A stretch of DNA of 60,405 bases, counting the filler, from Candidatus Omnitrophota bacterium (GTDB lineage: Bacteria > Omnitrophota > Gorgyraeia > JAGLLT01), in NCBI GenBank assembly GCA_023140385.1. It is 4 parts of 4 records of this genome, joined end to end, with 100 filler letters (N's around TTAATTAATTAA, not from the genome) between each part and the next. Parts side by side here need not be neighbours in the genome. Positions count along the whole stretch, not along the records: positions 22,448 to 43,139 come from JAGLLT010000023.1; positions 43,240 to 52,078 come from JAGLLT010000029.1; 2 more parts are not named here. The stretch is one strand, 5' to 3'. Position 1 is the first letter of the stretch, and each line of letters starts with the position of its first letter. Below, piece by piece: positions 39,890 to 50,905 of this stretch. Under the pieces are notes generated by a model. That model saw nothing but the letters and a program-made list of their open reading frames with translations, searched no databases and was not told the origin of the DNA. A program made the translations under genes and the position numbers.

Positions 39890-40085
39890 AGAAATCCTAA
39901 ATACTAAGCACTAAATACTAAACAAATCCAAATGTCCAAAATACCTACCTACCGGCAGGCAGGCAAATGACCAAAACAAAAACACTTAAGGTTTATAACA
40001 TTTGAGCATTAGAATTTTGAAATTATTTAGGATTTAGATATTAGGATTTAGAGTTTGTTTAGAATTTTTTAAACGTATAAAAGGA
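39890..40085. repeat. Heptamer-periodic inverted-repeat element (module H), copy 1
   Basis: Left arm AAATCCT/AAATACT/AAGCACT/AAATACT, right arm AGGATTT/AGATATT/AGGATTT/AGAGTTT; ends TTTTTAAACGTATAAA; homologous to 59601-59745. Confidence 0.85.
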
Positions 40086-40128
40086 TAGATATTTTTAACA
40101 ATATAAGAAAATAGCGGGGGGCAAAGCA

Positions 40129-40518
40129 ATGAATATAGAAAAGAGATTGTTTTATACAAAAGAACATGAATGGGTAAGGATAGAGGGGAAAGAGGCGACT
40201 ATTGGTATCAGCGACTATGCCCAGGCTTCTTTAGGAGACGTTACTTTTGTGGAACTGCCGGAGATTGGCGCTGAAGTGGAGCAGTTTAAGCCTATAGCTG
40301 CCATAGAGTCAGTTAAGACGGCCTCTGAAATTTACGCGCCCTTATCGGGGAAAGTTATAAAGGTAAACGAAGAAATTGTCCATGCGCCCGAGCTAATAAA
40401 CCAGGCACCTTATACTGAGGGCTGGTTTGCGGTAATAGAGCTGAAGGACGAAGCGGAAAAAGCAAACCTAATGGATGACGCGGTCTATGAAGAATACTTA
40501 ATAGAAATTGGTGACTAA
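40129..40518 (+). CDS. gcvH: Glycine cleavage system H protein
   Basis: YTKEHEWV, LGDVTFVELP, IESVKTAS (lipoyl-Lys). Confidence 0.96.
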   Translation: MNIEKRLFYTKEHEWVRIEGKEATIGISDYAQASLGDVTFVELPEIGAEVEQFKPIAAIESVKTASEIYAPLSGKVIKVNEEIVHAPELINQAPYTEGWFAVIELKDEAEKANLMDDAVYEEYLIEIGD

Positions 40519-40534
40519 AGCCAAAAAGGCAGTA

Positions 40535-41872
40535 ATGAACTTTATACCCCACACTCAAAAGCAGATAAAAGAAATGCTCGAGGCTATCGGCCGAAAGTCT
40601 ATCGAGGAGCTTTTTTCAGATATAAAACCCGGATTAAGGCCGAAATCATTTGATTTACCTGAAGGAAAATCAGAATATGAGGTCTTGGAGCATTTAAAGA
40701 AACTAGCATCCAAAAATAATACATCAGTTGTTAATTTTGTAGGCGCCGGTTTTTATGATCATTATATACCGGCTGTTGTCGATGACATAGCATCCCGCCC
40801 TGAATTTTATACGGCCTATACTCCTTATCAGCCCGAATGTTCTCAGGGCTGGCTCCAGGCTATTTATGAATATCAAACCGCTATATGTGAACTTACCGGT
40901 ATGGAAGTGGCTAATGCCTCTATGTATGACGGGGGGACAGCTCTTTTTGAAGCGGCTATGATGGCTACGCGGATAACCGGCAGGAATAAAATAATCTTAG
41001 ACAGCGGTGTAAATATGATATACCGCACTATGATGTATACCTATACTTCAAACCTCTCTATTGAATTTATAGAAACACCCGTTGTTCACGGCCAGAGTTC
41101 AAGAGATGAGATATTTAAAGTCTTAGATGATAAAACAGCGGCTGTCATAACGCAAAATCCGAACTTCTTCGGGGCTGTAGATGATTACACGGATATTATT
41201 GACAAGGCCCATTCGTTGGGGGCGCTGGCTATAATGAATGTTTATCCTGTATCTCTTGGGATTTTAAAAACACCCGGCGAGATGGGGGCTGACATTGTAA
41301 CCGGTGAAGGGCAAAGTTTAGGCCTGCCGCTTTCTTTTGGCGGGCCCTATTTGGGATTTTTCGCGGCGTTAAAAAAGTATGTAAGAAAAATGCCGGGACG
41401 CATCGCGGGCGTCGCGGAAGATAAGGACGGCAAAAGAGGATTTGTCCTTACCCTGCAAACCAGAGAACAGCACATAAGAAGAGAAAAAGCGACTTCAAAT
41501 ATCTGCTCAAACGAATCACTATGCGCTTTAAGAGCCTTGGTTTATACCTGTCTCTTAGGTAAAAAGGGCATGGCTGATTTAGCCGGGCTTAATTATGATA
41601 AAGCGGAGTATGCCAAAAGCCTGCTTGATAAAATAGAGGGAGTCGAAGTGAAAAGAAGCTCCCCGACCTTTAATGAGTTTACAGTATGTTTGCCTAAGAA
41701 TGCCGATGAGGTTGTAGGCAAAATGCTTGAGAAAGGTTTTGCCTGCGGTTTTCCGCTGGGAAGATTTTACAGGGGCATGGATAATTACCTTCTTATATCA
41801 ATAACCGAGAAAAGAACCAGGGTTGAAATAGAAGAACTGGTTAAAGCGTTAGAGGAAGTTTTATGCGGTTAA
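40535..41872 (+). CDS. gcvPA: Glycine dehydrogenase subunit 1
   Basis: FVGAGFYDH, EFYTAYTPYQPE, NASMYDG, QTREQHIRREKATSNIC. Confidence 0.96.
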   Translation: MNFIPHTQKQIKEMLEAIGRKSIEELFSDIKPGLRPKSFDLPEGKSEYEVLEHLKKLASKNNTSVVNFVGAGFYDHYIPAVVDDIASRPEFYTAYTPYQPECSQGWLQAIYEYQTAICELTGMEVANASMYDGGTALFEAAMMATRITGRNKIILDSGVNMIYRTMMYTYTSNLSIEFIETPVVHGQSSRDEIFKVLDDKTAAVITQNPNFFGAVDDYTDIIDKAHSLGALAIMNVYPVSLGILKTPGEMGADIVTGEGQSLGLPLSFGGPYLGFFAALKKYVRKMPGRIAGVAEDKDGKRGFVLTLQTREQHIRREKATSNICSNESLCALRALVYTCLLGKKGMADLAGLNYDKAEYAKSLLDKIEGVEVKRSSPTFNEFTVCLPKNADEVVGKMLEKGFACGFPLGRFYRGMDNYLLISITEKRTRVEIEELVKALEEVLCG

Positions 41873-43139
41873 TATATGAAAAAAGCATAACCGGCAGGCG
41901 CGGATTTAAACTGCCTGAGCGTGATGTCCCGGAAGCCGCAGGAATTGCCGGCAAGTATCTTCGGGAAAAGCCGGCCGAACTGCCCGAAGTTTCTGAACTG
42001 GATGTTGTAAGGCACTTCAGCAACTTGTCGCGCGTGAATTTTTCCGTAGATAATAATTTTTATCCGCTTGGTTCCTGTACTATGAAGTATAATCCAAAGT
42101 TTACCGAAAAGGCCGCGAGCTTCGAGAGTTTTGTTGATTTGCATCCGCTGTGGCCGCAGTTGTTAAAAAAAGGCGGGCTGGCCCAGGGAGCTTTGGAGGT
42201 TTTATACGATGTTGATAAATTACTGCGCGAAATTACCGGTATGTCCGCTTTTAGTCTCCAGCCGCTGGCAGGAGCTCATGGGGAGCTTACCGGCGCTATG
42301 CTTATAGCCGCTTATCATAAGGCAAACGGAAATAGAAGAAAGTATATCATAATTCCGGACTCATCTCACGGCACTAATCCTGCCAGCGCGGCTTTGGCAG
42401 GTTATGAGGTTATAGTAGTACCGACCGGCAAAGACGGCTGTATGGATTTTAATAAATTTGAAGAACAGCTTAGTGAAGAGGTTGCCGGGGTTATGCTTAC
42501 TTGTCCCAATACCCTGGGAATATTTAATTCGCGTATAAAAGAGATATCTAACGCCGCGCATAAAGTGGGAGCTTTAATGTATTATGATGGAGCCAATCTT
42601 AATGCTATCTTGGGTAAGTGCCGCCCGGGGGATATAGGCTTTGACATAGTACATCTTAATCTACATAAAACATTTGCTACGCCCCACGGAGGTGGAGGCC
42701 CCGGGTCCGGCCCGGTGGGAGTTTCTGAAAAATTAACAGAGTTTCTTCCTATATCCGTTGTCGAAAAAGATGATAAAGGAAAATACCGTCTTAATTATAA
42801 ATTGGTAAATTCAATAGGTTATATCGCGCCTTTTTACGGAAATTTCGGAGTTATATTAAAAACCTACGCTTATATTTTAATGCTGGGCAAAGAGGGCCTG
42901 ATTGAAACTGCTGAAGCGGCGGTTTTGGCGGCTAATTATATAATGGCTATGTTAAAGGAAGATTATGAGCTGCCCTATGACAGGATATGTATGCACGAAT
43001 GTGTTTTTTCCGCATCTAAACAAAAGCAAAATAAAGTTTCAGCGCTTGATATAGCCAAATACCTAATTGATAACGGTATTCACCCGCCGACCATATACTT
43101 TCCGTTGATAGTAAAAGAGGCTATGATGATAGAGCCGAC
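41863..43139 (+). CDS. gcvPB: Glycine dehydrogenase subunit 2 (3' end lost in gap)
   Basis: YPLGSCTMKYNP, HGTNPASA, HLNLHKTF (PLP Lys), PHGGGGPG. Confidence 0.95.
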
Positions 43140-43239
43140 NNNNNNNNNNNNNNNNNNNNNNNNNNNNNNNNNNNNNNNNNNNNTTAATTAATTAANNNNN
43201 NNNNNNNNNNNNNNNNNNNNNNNNNNNNNNNNNNNNNNN
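43140..43239. other. Assembly spacer
   Basis: N44-TTAATTAATTAA-N44. Confidence 0.98.
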
Positions 43240-46055
43240 TAACAAAAAGGCGCCACGCCGTCTATGCCCAGCCTTCTCCATAGCTCAGTAAGGTCTGAAG
43301 CAATTAAAGACTGATGCTCCATACACTCTTCGGCGGTGGCATTTCTGCCCAGCCAGCGCGGCAAAACGGCCATAGTAAAACCGACAGCTTCACCCTCGCT
43401 ATCTAGCCAGAACCAGATGTACTCATTTAATATAGTAGGCTCCTCACTGTCTCTCATAGCATCTATGGAGCGGGAGTATCCAAAATTCCTGGCGTTTAAC
43501 ACCGGGCCGTTAGAATAAGTATAAGGGTGATCTTCTGAAAAATCTATAGGGTTCCAGCCGCCGGGCGGAAAGTCGATAAAGCGGTTTATGCCGCATTCCC
43601 AGGGGCGGGTAGGATCAATTTCTTTCATCTCCGGAATAATTATATCTCTAACGGTGTCCCTGCTTTGATATCCATCAGGATCACTGGGTTCATTTTGCGT
43701 ATCCCAGATAATAATACTGGGGTGATTGCAATTGTCATAAACCCACTGGGTAAATTCTTTCCTTATCTGATCCTCCGAGCCATAACCGGGCCCCGCGGGC
43801 AGCCAATCATAAGGGAATTTACACGGGGCACGAAATCCCCACTCATCTTCAAGTAAAATACCGTGTTCATCAGCAATGTCATACCACTTGTTGTTGGCAT
43901 GGCCCATGTGCATCCGGAAAAAGTTAAAGTTGTACGCCTTCGGGATATCTATTAATACCGCCTTTATCCATTCATCATTCCAGGGCCGGCCTTCTCTGTC
44001 AGGGTCGGAGAGAAATCTGTGAAAACAGATGTTGCCTCCCTTTAAGAAAATCCGGTGATTGTTCAGATAAAAGTCTGAGCCAACTATCTTAAATTCTCTC
44101 ATACCAAAGGTGGTGGTTAAATTATCCGTCTCCATTCCCGCGAATTCTACTTTAGAAACCAACTCATAGAGAAAGGGGTCATCCGGCGACCAAAGATTTA
44201 CGCCGGGTATAAGCACCTCAAGGTTGAAGGTGGCTTCTTCAAAGGGAGAAATAGTAAAATCATCGGTAATCTCCAGTGAAGCCACAGCACCCCCTGTTTT
44301 TTTAAAGGCCTGTGAAGATATAGAAATATTCTGGGCTGAAGAGTTCAAGTTCTTTACCGTTATTCTGGCTTCGGCTATACCTGTATCAATATGAGGGATT
44401 ATCTGCACCCTTTCTATAATGGGATTGCTAAGCAGGCTTAAAGAAACATCACCCCAGATACCGGGAACCCATGTGTCTTCCTCATAATCATAGCCCACGG
44501 CGCTGTAAGTTGGCAAAAGCCTCTTTTGGCTTACCCTGACGATAAGTTCGTTTTCATCACCATACTTTATCGCCTCCGAGGCATCATACTTATGAGAGGT
44601 AAAACAGCCTATATAGTTGCCGATATGAATTCCGTTTAACCAAACATCGGTTGCGTATCTGGCCTGGTCTATTTTTAAAAACGCGTGACTGTGTTCCTGA
44701 GCGGAGCTGAGGGTAAAAGTTTTTTTATACCAGAAGTAATCGTACGCCCAGCAATTTTTAACATCATCTATAGGAGGTTCGGCCAGATCAACCAGGCCCG
44801 GAACATTGACGACGCGGGTATAGTCTGAGGCCGGCGGTGGAGAATCTGTCTGGGTCGGCGCAATCTGCCAACTGTCGTTAAAGTCAATCAGTTCTTTGGC
44901 TGTGATAGGCGCTTGCACCAAAACACATCCATCATCAAAGTTTACCGCTGAATAGCCCGAACCTGTCTGCATAGCCTCACTTGAGCAAACCACAGCTATG
45001 CTGACCGTGCCCCCCGGCGCCACACCGACAACCGTTTCGGGAAGATAGGCAAACTCTCCTGTATGGGCGGTGCTGGTAAAGGTCTCAATTGGCGCCCTGA
45101 TATATCCGCCGTTTCTATCATAGTCGTAGAATTCAATTTTAAGAAGCGCGTTGCCCGTATAGCTAGCCTCTCCCGTCATCCACATATTAAAGCTGATAAT
45201 TTCTCCGGGAGTAACGGGATAAAGATTGGAGGAGTTGGCCGGATCGCGTAAAATCTGGAGCGTGTATGAATTTGCCCCTGACGGCCCGTAGTCATTTCCT
45301 ATATTAAAGGCCCATGTTCCCTGATGGGCATTGGCCTCAATAACTCCTTTATAAGCTGTGTTGCCGCCCTTCTCCCAGTAGTCGGCATCGCCGCCCCAGC
45401 CGGTGTTGTCTTCAAAGCTGAAGTTTAACAATAAATTTTTCTCTACAACAACCACAGCATCATCAAAGTGTATCATCGAAAATCCCGAACCTGTAGCCAT
45501 GCCCTCGCTTGTACAAACAATGGCTACGCTGACCGTTCCTTCAGGCGCGGTGCCGCTGACAACCTCCTGAAGCCAGTTAAATCCTCCCGTATGGGTATCG
45601 CTCTGAATACACGCTAAAGGAGCGCCGTTATAACCGCTCCTTCTATCGTAGCCATAGAATTCAACTTTAATAATCGCGCTGCCTGTGTAGTTGACCTCGC
45701 TTTTGAGATGCATTGTGAGAGTGAAGATATCTCCGGCGTTAATAGGATAAAGATTAGAATGGTTATCCGGATCACGAAGAATATGCAGGCAGTATCCGCC
45801 GGCGTTTTCCGGCCCGTAGTCATTTCCATAGCTAAACGCCCACTCGCCTTCATAAACGACTGACGCGGTTGTTCCCTTATAGCTGGGACTGCCTCCCTTT
45901 TCCCAGTAGTCGGCATCACCCCACCAGCCGGTATTATCCTCAAAACTGCCGTTTACCATAAGGTTTGTCTGAGCGGCGACATTCGCGCCAAAGAAAAACA
46001 GAAAACTAAAAAGTGTTGCTGTAAAAACCAGACTTCTAAAGAGCGCTCTTTTCAT
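43240..46055 (-). CDS. Secreted GH2-family glycoside hydrolase with two tandem N-terminal CBM-like domains (3' end lost in gap)
   Basis: Signal peptide; 176-aa duplicated NGSFED domain; LWSPDDPFLY, FGMREF, NHPSIIIWDTQNE (acid/base NE). Confidence 0.85.
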
Positions 46056-46093
46056 ACCGTAAATTCCTTCTTTTTTAAATACTTTTATTTAAG

Positions 46094-47341
46094 TTAATCA
46101 ACATTATTTAGCTTCTCCAGCTTTTCAAAACACCTCGCCCAGCCATAAAGGCCTGCTTTTTTATGCTCTGATCCCTCCGGAAAGGAATTAGCTAAAACTA
46201 AATAACAGTTAAGAGCTTTATTTAATAACTTTCTTTTTATGCTGGGATTCTGTTCATCCCTAGCTTTTGCTTCACAATCTTCTGCAGTATCACGACACCA
46301 ATCTCGAGAAACCTGCTCTTCACGACTTCTACTCACAAACTCCTCAATAAACGCCTCCACATACTTTAGTTCACTTACAGTAGAGGGACATAAAAGTTTA
46401 TTTCGAAAGTTCTCATCTATTTTAGCTCTGATTTTCTGTATAGGAGTTAATAATTTTTCGCAAAGACTTCTATCCCAAGAGGCAATTCTATAACAATAAA
46501 GGGCAATTTGATAATCTCTCCATCTCTGTGGGTTGCTTTCATCGCTTTCTGCTTTTTCTAAATATTCTTTAGCTAGCCCTAGACATCTTGCACAATATTC
46601 TTCAGCTTTGCTTTTATTTTTATTCGTTAGACTCGACAAATAAATGTTGATTACATTTGCTATCTTGCCAGTAAAAGGTATAAGAAATTCTCCGTTCCTA
46701 AGCTCTTCTTCAATCTCTTCTTTAGTCAACTCGGGAATGGAGATAACTTTCTCTTTACTTAATTCTATCATTTCCTGAAATTTCCCCGTCAGAGAGATCT
46801 CAGGATAAGATTTAGTTACCTTCTCAAAGATATCTAATGCTTTTTTATACTCTCCTTTATTGTAACAATATAGGCCTGCATCATATTTGCCTTCTGCTTT
46901 TGCCTCATATATCTTACGAACTTGAGTATCAATTATCACTGCGTATTTGTTATCTAACTTCTTTGCTTTATCAAACTCTATAAGCGCGCAATCAAACAGG
47001 TTTCTTTCCAAGCAAAAAAGTCCTAAATTATAATAAGTCTCCGCGTCACTCTTTTTTTTCGGTAACTTTAGCTTATTGTAGGCTTCTTCAGCAGGAAGAA
47101 GGAGCTCTTCGCGGGGCATCTTTTTCTTAATAGATTTGATATCTATGCGCTTAAAGGTATGGGGCTTGCCCTCAGATTTTATCTTAATCCAAGCGTCATC
47201 GCTGCTAATCACCTTGCCCTCAAATCTTGTTCCGTCCTTAAGAATGATTATCTGTTTATCTACATATGAATCTACCTGGGCGGGGGGTAAAATTAACACA
47301 ATTGCTAAGATAAAACCACTTATTAGTTTGCGAATAAGCAT
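46094..47341 (-). CDS. Exported TPR-repeat protein
   Basis: Signal peptide, IILKDGTRFEGKV beta domain, YYNLGLFC and YKKALDIFEKV..YP TPR-like helices. Confidence 0.7.
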   Translation of the reverse strand: MLIRKLISGFILAIVLILPPAQVDSYVDKQIIILKDGTRFEGKVISSDDAWIKIKSEGKPHTFKRIDIKSIKKKMPREELLLPAEEAYNKLKLPKKKSDAETYYNLGLFCLERNLFDCALIEFDKAKKLDNKYAVIIDTQVRKIYEAKAEGKYDAGLYCYNKGEYKKALDIFEKVTKSYPEISLTGKFQEMIELSKEKVISIPELTKEEIEEELRNGEFLIPFTGKIANVINIYLSSLTNKNKSKAEEYCARCLGLAKEYLEKAESDESNPQRWRDYQIALYCYRIASWDRSLCEKLLTPIQKIRAKIDENFRNKLLCPSTVSELKYVEAFIEEFVSRSREEQVSRDWCRDTAEDCEAKARDEQNPSIKRKLLNKALNCYLVLANSFPEGSEHKKAGLYGWARCFEKLEKLNNVD

Positions 47342-47342
47342 A

Positions 47343-49691
47343 CTATAAATTACTCCAATACAAAATCTTTGTCTCCGGTAAATAGGTGATAAAAACATCT
47401 TCTAAGACAGGCGTTTCTCTGTATAGTTGATCGCCTGGATAATTGTTGCTTGCATCATTAATCTCAAAGTTGGCTTTGTATTGAATCTGGGCCCCTTGCG
47501 CGGCTGCCCAATCAATCCCACCTCCAGGTTGTACGCCAGGCACTGCACTCGGAATCCAACTTGAGCCGCCATCTGTTGATATTTGAAAAGATACCTTTTC
47601 TGTATTTTTATTTGCGCTTGAAGGAATAGTCACTGTACCCCAAGCCGCACCGCCTCTTACAGCTTCACTGAAGTTAGTTTGTGGCAACACATTAGATACA
47701 AAATAGGCATAATCATCATAATTGCCGTTCTCGTCTTCATCGTCCGGGCTTCTGGGTATAATCCTTATATTGTCATAGCGAGTATTAATTTTCCATGCCC
47801 ACATACCTACTAAGCCTTGTGTATCACAAGGACTACCTATAGATTCATTAAGAAACGACTGTTGTAAATTATTACCACCTACAGAAACGTAATATCTCAT
47901 ATCAGTACCGCTTGCGACAAACTTTGCCCTCTTTTCAGTTGCCCAAAGATCCGGGGCCATATTGGTTCCACCCGCTTTACTTGGTATCCAGCGCTCACGC
48001 CCAAGATAATAAACGGTATCAGGAGGAGGCCAATGATCTACATAACAGTTAAAGCCACAACAAAGGCCATCATTTTGATTGGTTCCTACAATTCTGTAGG
48101 CAGCATGCCCTTGATTCCATGCAGCATTGTTCCAAACAGGATAAGGAGGACTTATTCTTGGCACTACAGCTTCCATATCAAATATTTGCAATGAATAAGA
48201 AAAATCGTGCCAGTTTAGATTGCCATCACTTGATGTGCCCAAAGTACATCTATAGCCAGGCCAGTTATCCTCTTTAGTGTCCATATTAATAAATTCTAAT
48301 TCAAGTTCATTGCTCCCATCAGAGTCATAGCCTTTGATAGTATCAGCGTCTGAAATAATATATTCATTATCAGAAGTAGAGGTTCCGTTCTCTCCATTCC
48401 AAACATTGTTATCAGCAAACCCTGTCCCCCGATTGACCCATGAACCGATGCCTGCCATATAAAAAAGCACATTCCCATGGCTGGTTTCATTACTATCTAC
48501 CTCAAAATCATCCCAGAAACCTATTTTTATAGAGTCTTTAATTGTTTCATAGCCGGAGGTATTGGTCGCGCTATAAGGGCCATTATCATATAATGTCTGC
48601 TCATCGCCCCTTACAGGACATCTATCAAGAGTAGTTACTTTATGGGTAATAGGAAGCAGGTCGCCAGCGGCACTGCCATGAAAATCACTCTTCTTGGTCT
48701 GATTAAGGGTGTCGTAGATATCTACAATCGCCCGCGTCGTCTTCTGGGCTGTGATGGTTGTCTGGTCGGCTGCGGCATAGATGGTGCCTGTGGCGGTTAA
48801 GGTGTACTTGCCTCCTGAGAAGAAGCAGAATTCGGTGGTAGAGGTAGTAAGCCCCGCTTTGTCTCTGTTGGGGTTACAGTTGTTTTTAACAAGCTCTTTC
48901 TTGCCATCAGTAGTAAGGGAACTATTATCTATACAGTTATTAAAATCATCCCAGCTATAATATGGCCGGTTAAATATGATGTGGTCATGAACAAGAGCAA
49001 TTACATCTGTATTTATGCTATGTGTTCCGTCTGATATGCCAAATAAGGCCGCCATTAAAACCAGGCCATCGGCAGTATTGACATTAATCGGGGACTTATC
49101 GTCGCAATTGGGATCTTTATAGGCGTGAAGGGTAATCCGGTCTTTTATAGCATTGTATTTTGTCTCGCCAATGCCGGGGATGGTCATAATCTCTTCTTTG
49201 GTCTCATAAGGCGCATTAGCAGCTATAGTATCGCATTCAGCATAACTAAGCGGAAAGCCAATCATCATAGTTAAATTCTTCAAGATTTGCCCTACGTTGG
49301 GATTTTCAGTATTGTTTATATTTATCCTTCTCTGCTCATCCTCGACAATTACAGAATATTCCCCACAATTACCATATAAGCTATCGTCATTAAAGGCGCC
49401 ATCCTCGTCACCCGTAGTATCGCCATCACCATTATAATCACCGTCATACACAAAGGTGCCCTTAGCGCCATAATAAATATTATTACTCTTCAATTCAGCT
49501 ATGGCTATATTAATGCCTCCTTCGGCTAAGCATCTGGCTTTGAAACTGTCTGTATAGGTAGAGGCGGCGTTTTGGTCTAAACGCATATTAACCGCAAAGG
49601 AGAAGGCTATAAGGGCCACAAGGGCTAAGACGCCCACTGTTAGTATGAGGGCGAAGGCTGAATTTTTCTTTAAATACGCGACTGTAAGCAT
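47343..49691 (-). CDS. Large GspK/PilX-like minor (pseudo)pilin with C-terminal extension
   Basis: KNSA/FALILTVGVL prepilin-like N-terminus, ARCLAEGGINIAI, DEQRRININ, HhH IPGIGETKY, INVNTA. Confidence 0.78.
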   Translation of the reverse strand: MLTVAYLKKNSAFALILTVGVLALVALIAFSFAVNMRLDQNAASTYTDSFKARCLAEGGINIAIAELKSNNIYYGAKGTFVYDGDYNGDGDTTGDEDGAFNDDSLYGNCGEYSVIVEDEQRRININNTENPNVGQILKNLTMMIGFPLSYAECDTIAANAPYETKEEIMTIPGIGETKYNAIKDRITLHAYKDPNCDDKSPINVNTADGLVLMAALFGISDGTHSINTDVIALVHDHIIFNRPYYSWDDFNNCIDNSSLTTDGKKELVKNNCNPNRDKAGLTTSTTEFCFFSGGKYTLTATGTIYAAADQTTITAQKTTRAIVDIYDTLNQTKKSDFHGSAAGDLLPITHKVTTLDRCPVRGDEQTLYDNGPYSATNTSGYETIKDSIKIGFWDDFEVDSNETSHGNVLFYMAGIGSWVNRGTGFADNNVWNGENGTSTSDNEYIISDADTIKGYDSDGSNELELEFINMDTKEDNWPGYRCTLGTSSDGNLNWHDFSYSLQIFDMEAVVPRISPPYPVWNNAAWNQGHAAYRIVGTNQNDGLCCGFNCYVDHWPPPDTVYYLGRERWIPSKAGGTNMAPDLWATEKRAKFVASGTDMRYYVSVGGNNLQQSFLNESIGSPCDTQGLVGMWAWKINTRYDNIRIIPRSPDDEDENGNYDDYAYFVSNVLPQTNFSEAVRGGAAWGTVTIPSSANKNTEKVSFQISTDGGSSWIPSAVPGVQPGGGIDWAAAQGAQIQYKANFEINDASNNYPGDQLYRETPVLEDVFITYLPETKILYWSNL

Positions 49692-49771
49692 AAGGCTTGT
49701 ACCTTTTTTTAATCCGCAGACCTGTGCGCAATAAATCAAATAAACAATAACCGCTTAAGTACCTATATAAA

Positions 49772-49800
49772 AGTCTATAACACTACATCCCCGATGTCAA
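49772..49800 (-). promoter_or_regulatory. Sigma70-type promoter for the GspK-like/TPR/GH2 genes
   Basis: Minus strand TTGACA-17-TAGACT. Confidence 0.55.
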
Positions 49801-49922
49801 GAGAATACTTTTGCTTTTATTGGGGAATAGTTTGCGCTAAATGACAGTCAAGATTAAACGCGCACTACCCTCTATAATAAGTATACCAGACTATTACTAA
49901 ATTATCAACAACACTTATGGGG

Positions 49923-50870
49923 TCAGCCCTCGAAATTAGAAGTTATTTCCTCAATTTCTCTTCGCAACAATCTATCCTCTCTCAATAACCCTTCTATGCT
50001 GCTTGCCGCTTTACTTACCGCTGAAAATTGCATGTTAAAAAGCCTTCCTATTTCTCTATTTGTTAATCCTGTCAGTCTTTTTATTAGATAAATACTTATC
50101 TTTTTCCCCTTCATAGGTTTACTTCGCATATTAATCAATTGCTCTTTATTTTTTCCATATCTTCCCGCCACTACTTTAATTATTTCATCTGCCTTAATAT
50201 GCGTCGTAAGCCTTTTTTTATAAGAAACGTCCTTATTTTCTATATGCTCTTTTAAATCTTTTAATCTATCTTCGATAAAATTGGCACTACCTAATAAAAA
50301 TCCTGCATATATTTTTTTAGTTAAGTCCTCCGGTTCTTTGATTCCCTCTAATACAAACTCACGATATTGCTCAAGGGGCATATCAAGATATTTCTTTATC
50401 TGACATATATCTATAAATCTATCGCCTTCCTTATCTAAATATCCCTTATAACTTGACCACTTATAGTTTTCCGGGTCATTCGTCATCTTAGCTCTTACGG
50501 GATTCAAATGAATATATCTGGTCAACTCCATAAAATAACAATCATTATCAACTAAGGTTGACTTAAATCGCCCCTGAAACAAATGTCCGCATCTGCGGCG
50601 TTTGATATTATAATAGGTTGTATATGACGTTTTGATATAATGTATTGCTTTAGAAAGGTTGGGCTGAGTGGTTTTAATAAATAGGTGGTAGTGGTTGGGC
50701 ATTAATACATAGGCAAACAAATGAAATTTATATTTCTCTTTTGCTTTTTGTAAGTATTCTAAAAATTTCTTATAATCATGATCGCTTACATATATTTTTT
50801 TACGATCATCTCCCCGACTGGTTATATGATAGAAAAAATTCTTTCCTTGTAATCGATAGGGGCGTGACAT
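49923..50870 (-). CDS. REP-associated/Y1 HUH tyrosine transposase with C-terminal DnaA-like HTH
   Basis: YHITSRG, AYVLMPNHYHL (HUH), GHLFQGRFKS, RYIHLNPVRA (catalytic Tyr), YKWSSY; C-terminal IYLIKRLTGLTNREIGRLF..SAVSKA. Confidence 0.92.
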   Translation of the reverse strand: MSRPYRLQGKNFFYHITSRGDDRKKIYVSDHDYKKFLEYLQKAKEKYKFHLFAYVLMPNHYHLFIKTTQPNLSKAIHYIKTSYTTYYNIKRRRCGHLFQGRFKSTLVDNDCYFMELTRYIHLNPVRAKMTNDPENYKWSSYKGYLDKEGDRFIDICQIKKYLDMPLEQYREFVLEGIKEPEDLTKKIYAGFLLGSANFIEDRLKDLKEHIENKDVSYKKRLTTHIKADEIIKVVAGRYGKNKEQLINMRSKPMKGKKISIYLIKRLTGLTNREIGRLFNMQFSAVSKAASSIEGLLREDRLLRREIEEITSNFEG

Positions 50871-50876
50871 GGATAT

Positions 50877-50905
50877 ATTTTACTGAAAATTACTCACTTA
50901 GTCAA
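50877..50905 (-). promoter_or_regulatory. Transposase promoter, leaderless
   Basis: Minus strand TTGACT-17-TAAAAT, then 6 nt to the ATG; no SD. Confidence 0.7.

Noticed and set aside
39890..40085. CRISPR-like periodicity
   Set aside because: Period is 7 nt with inverted arms; there are no 25-45-nt repeats with unique spacers and no cas genes.
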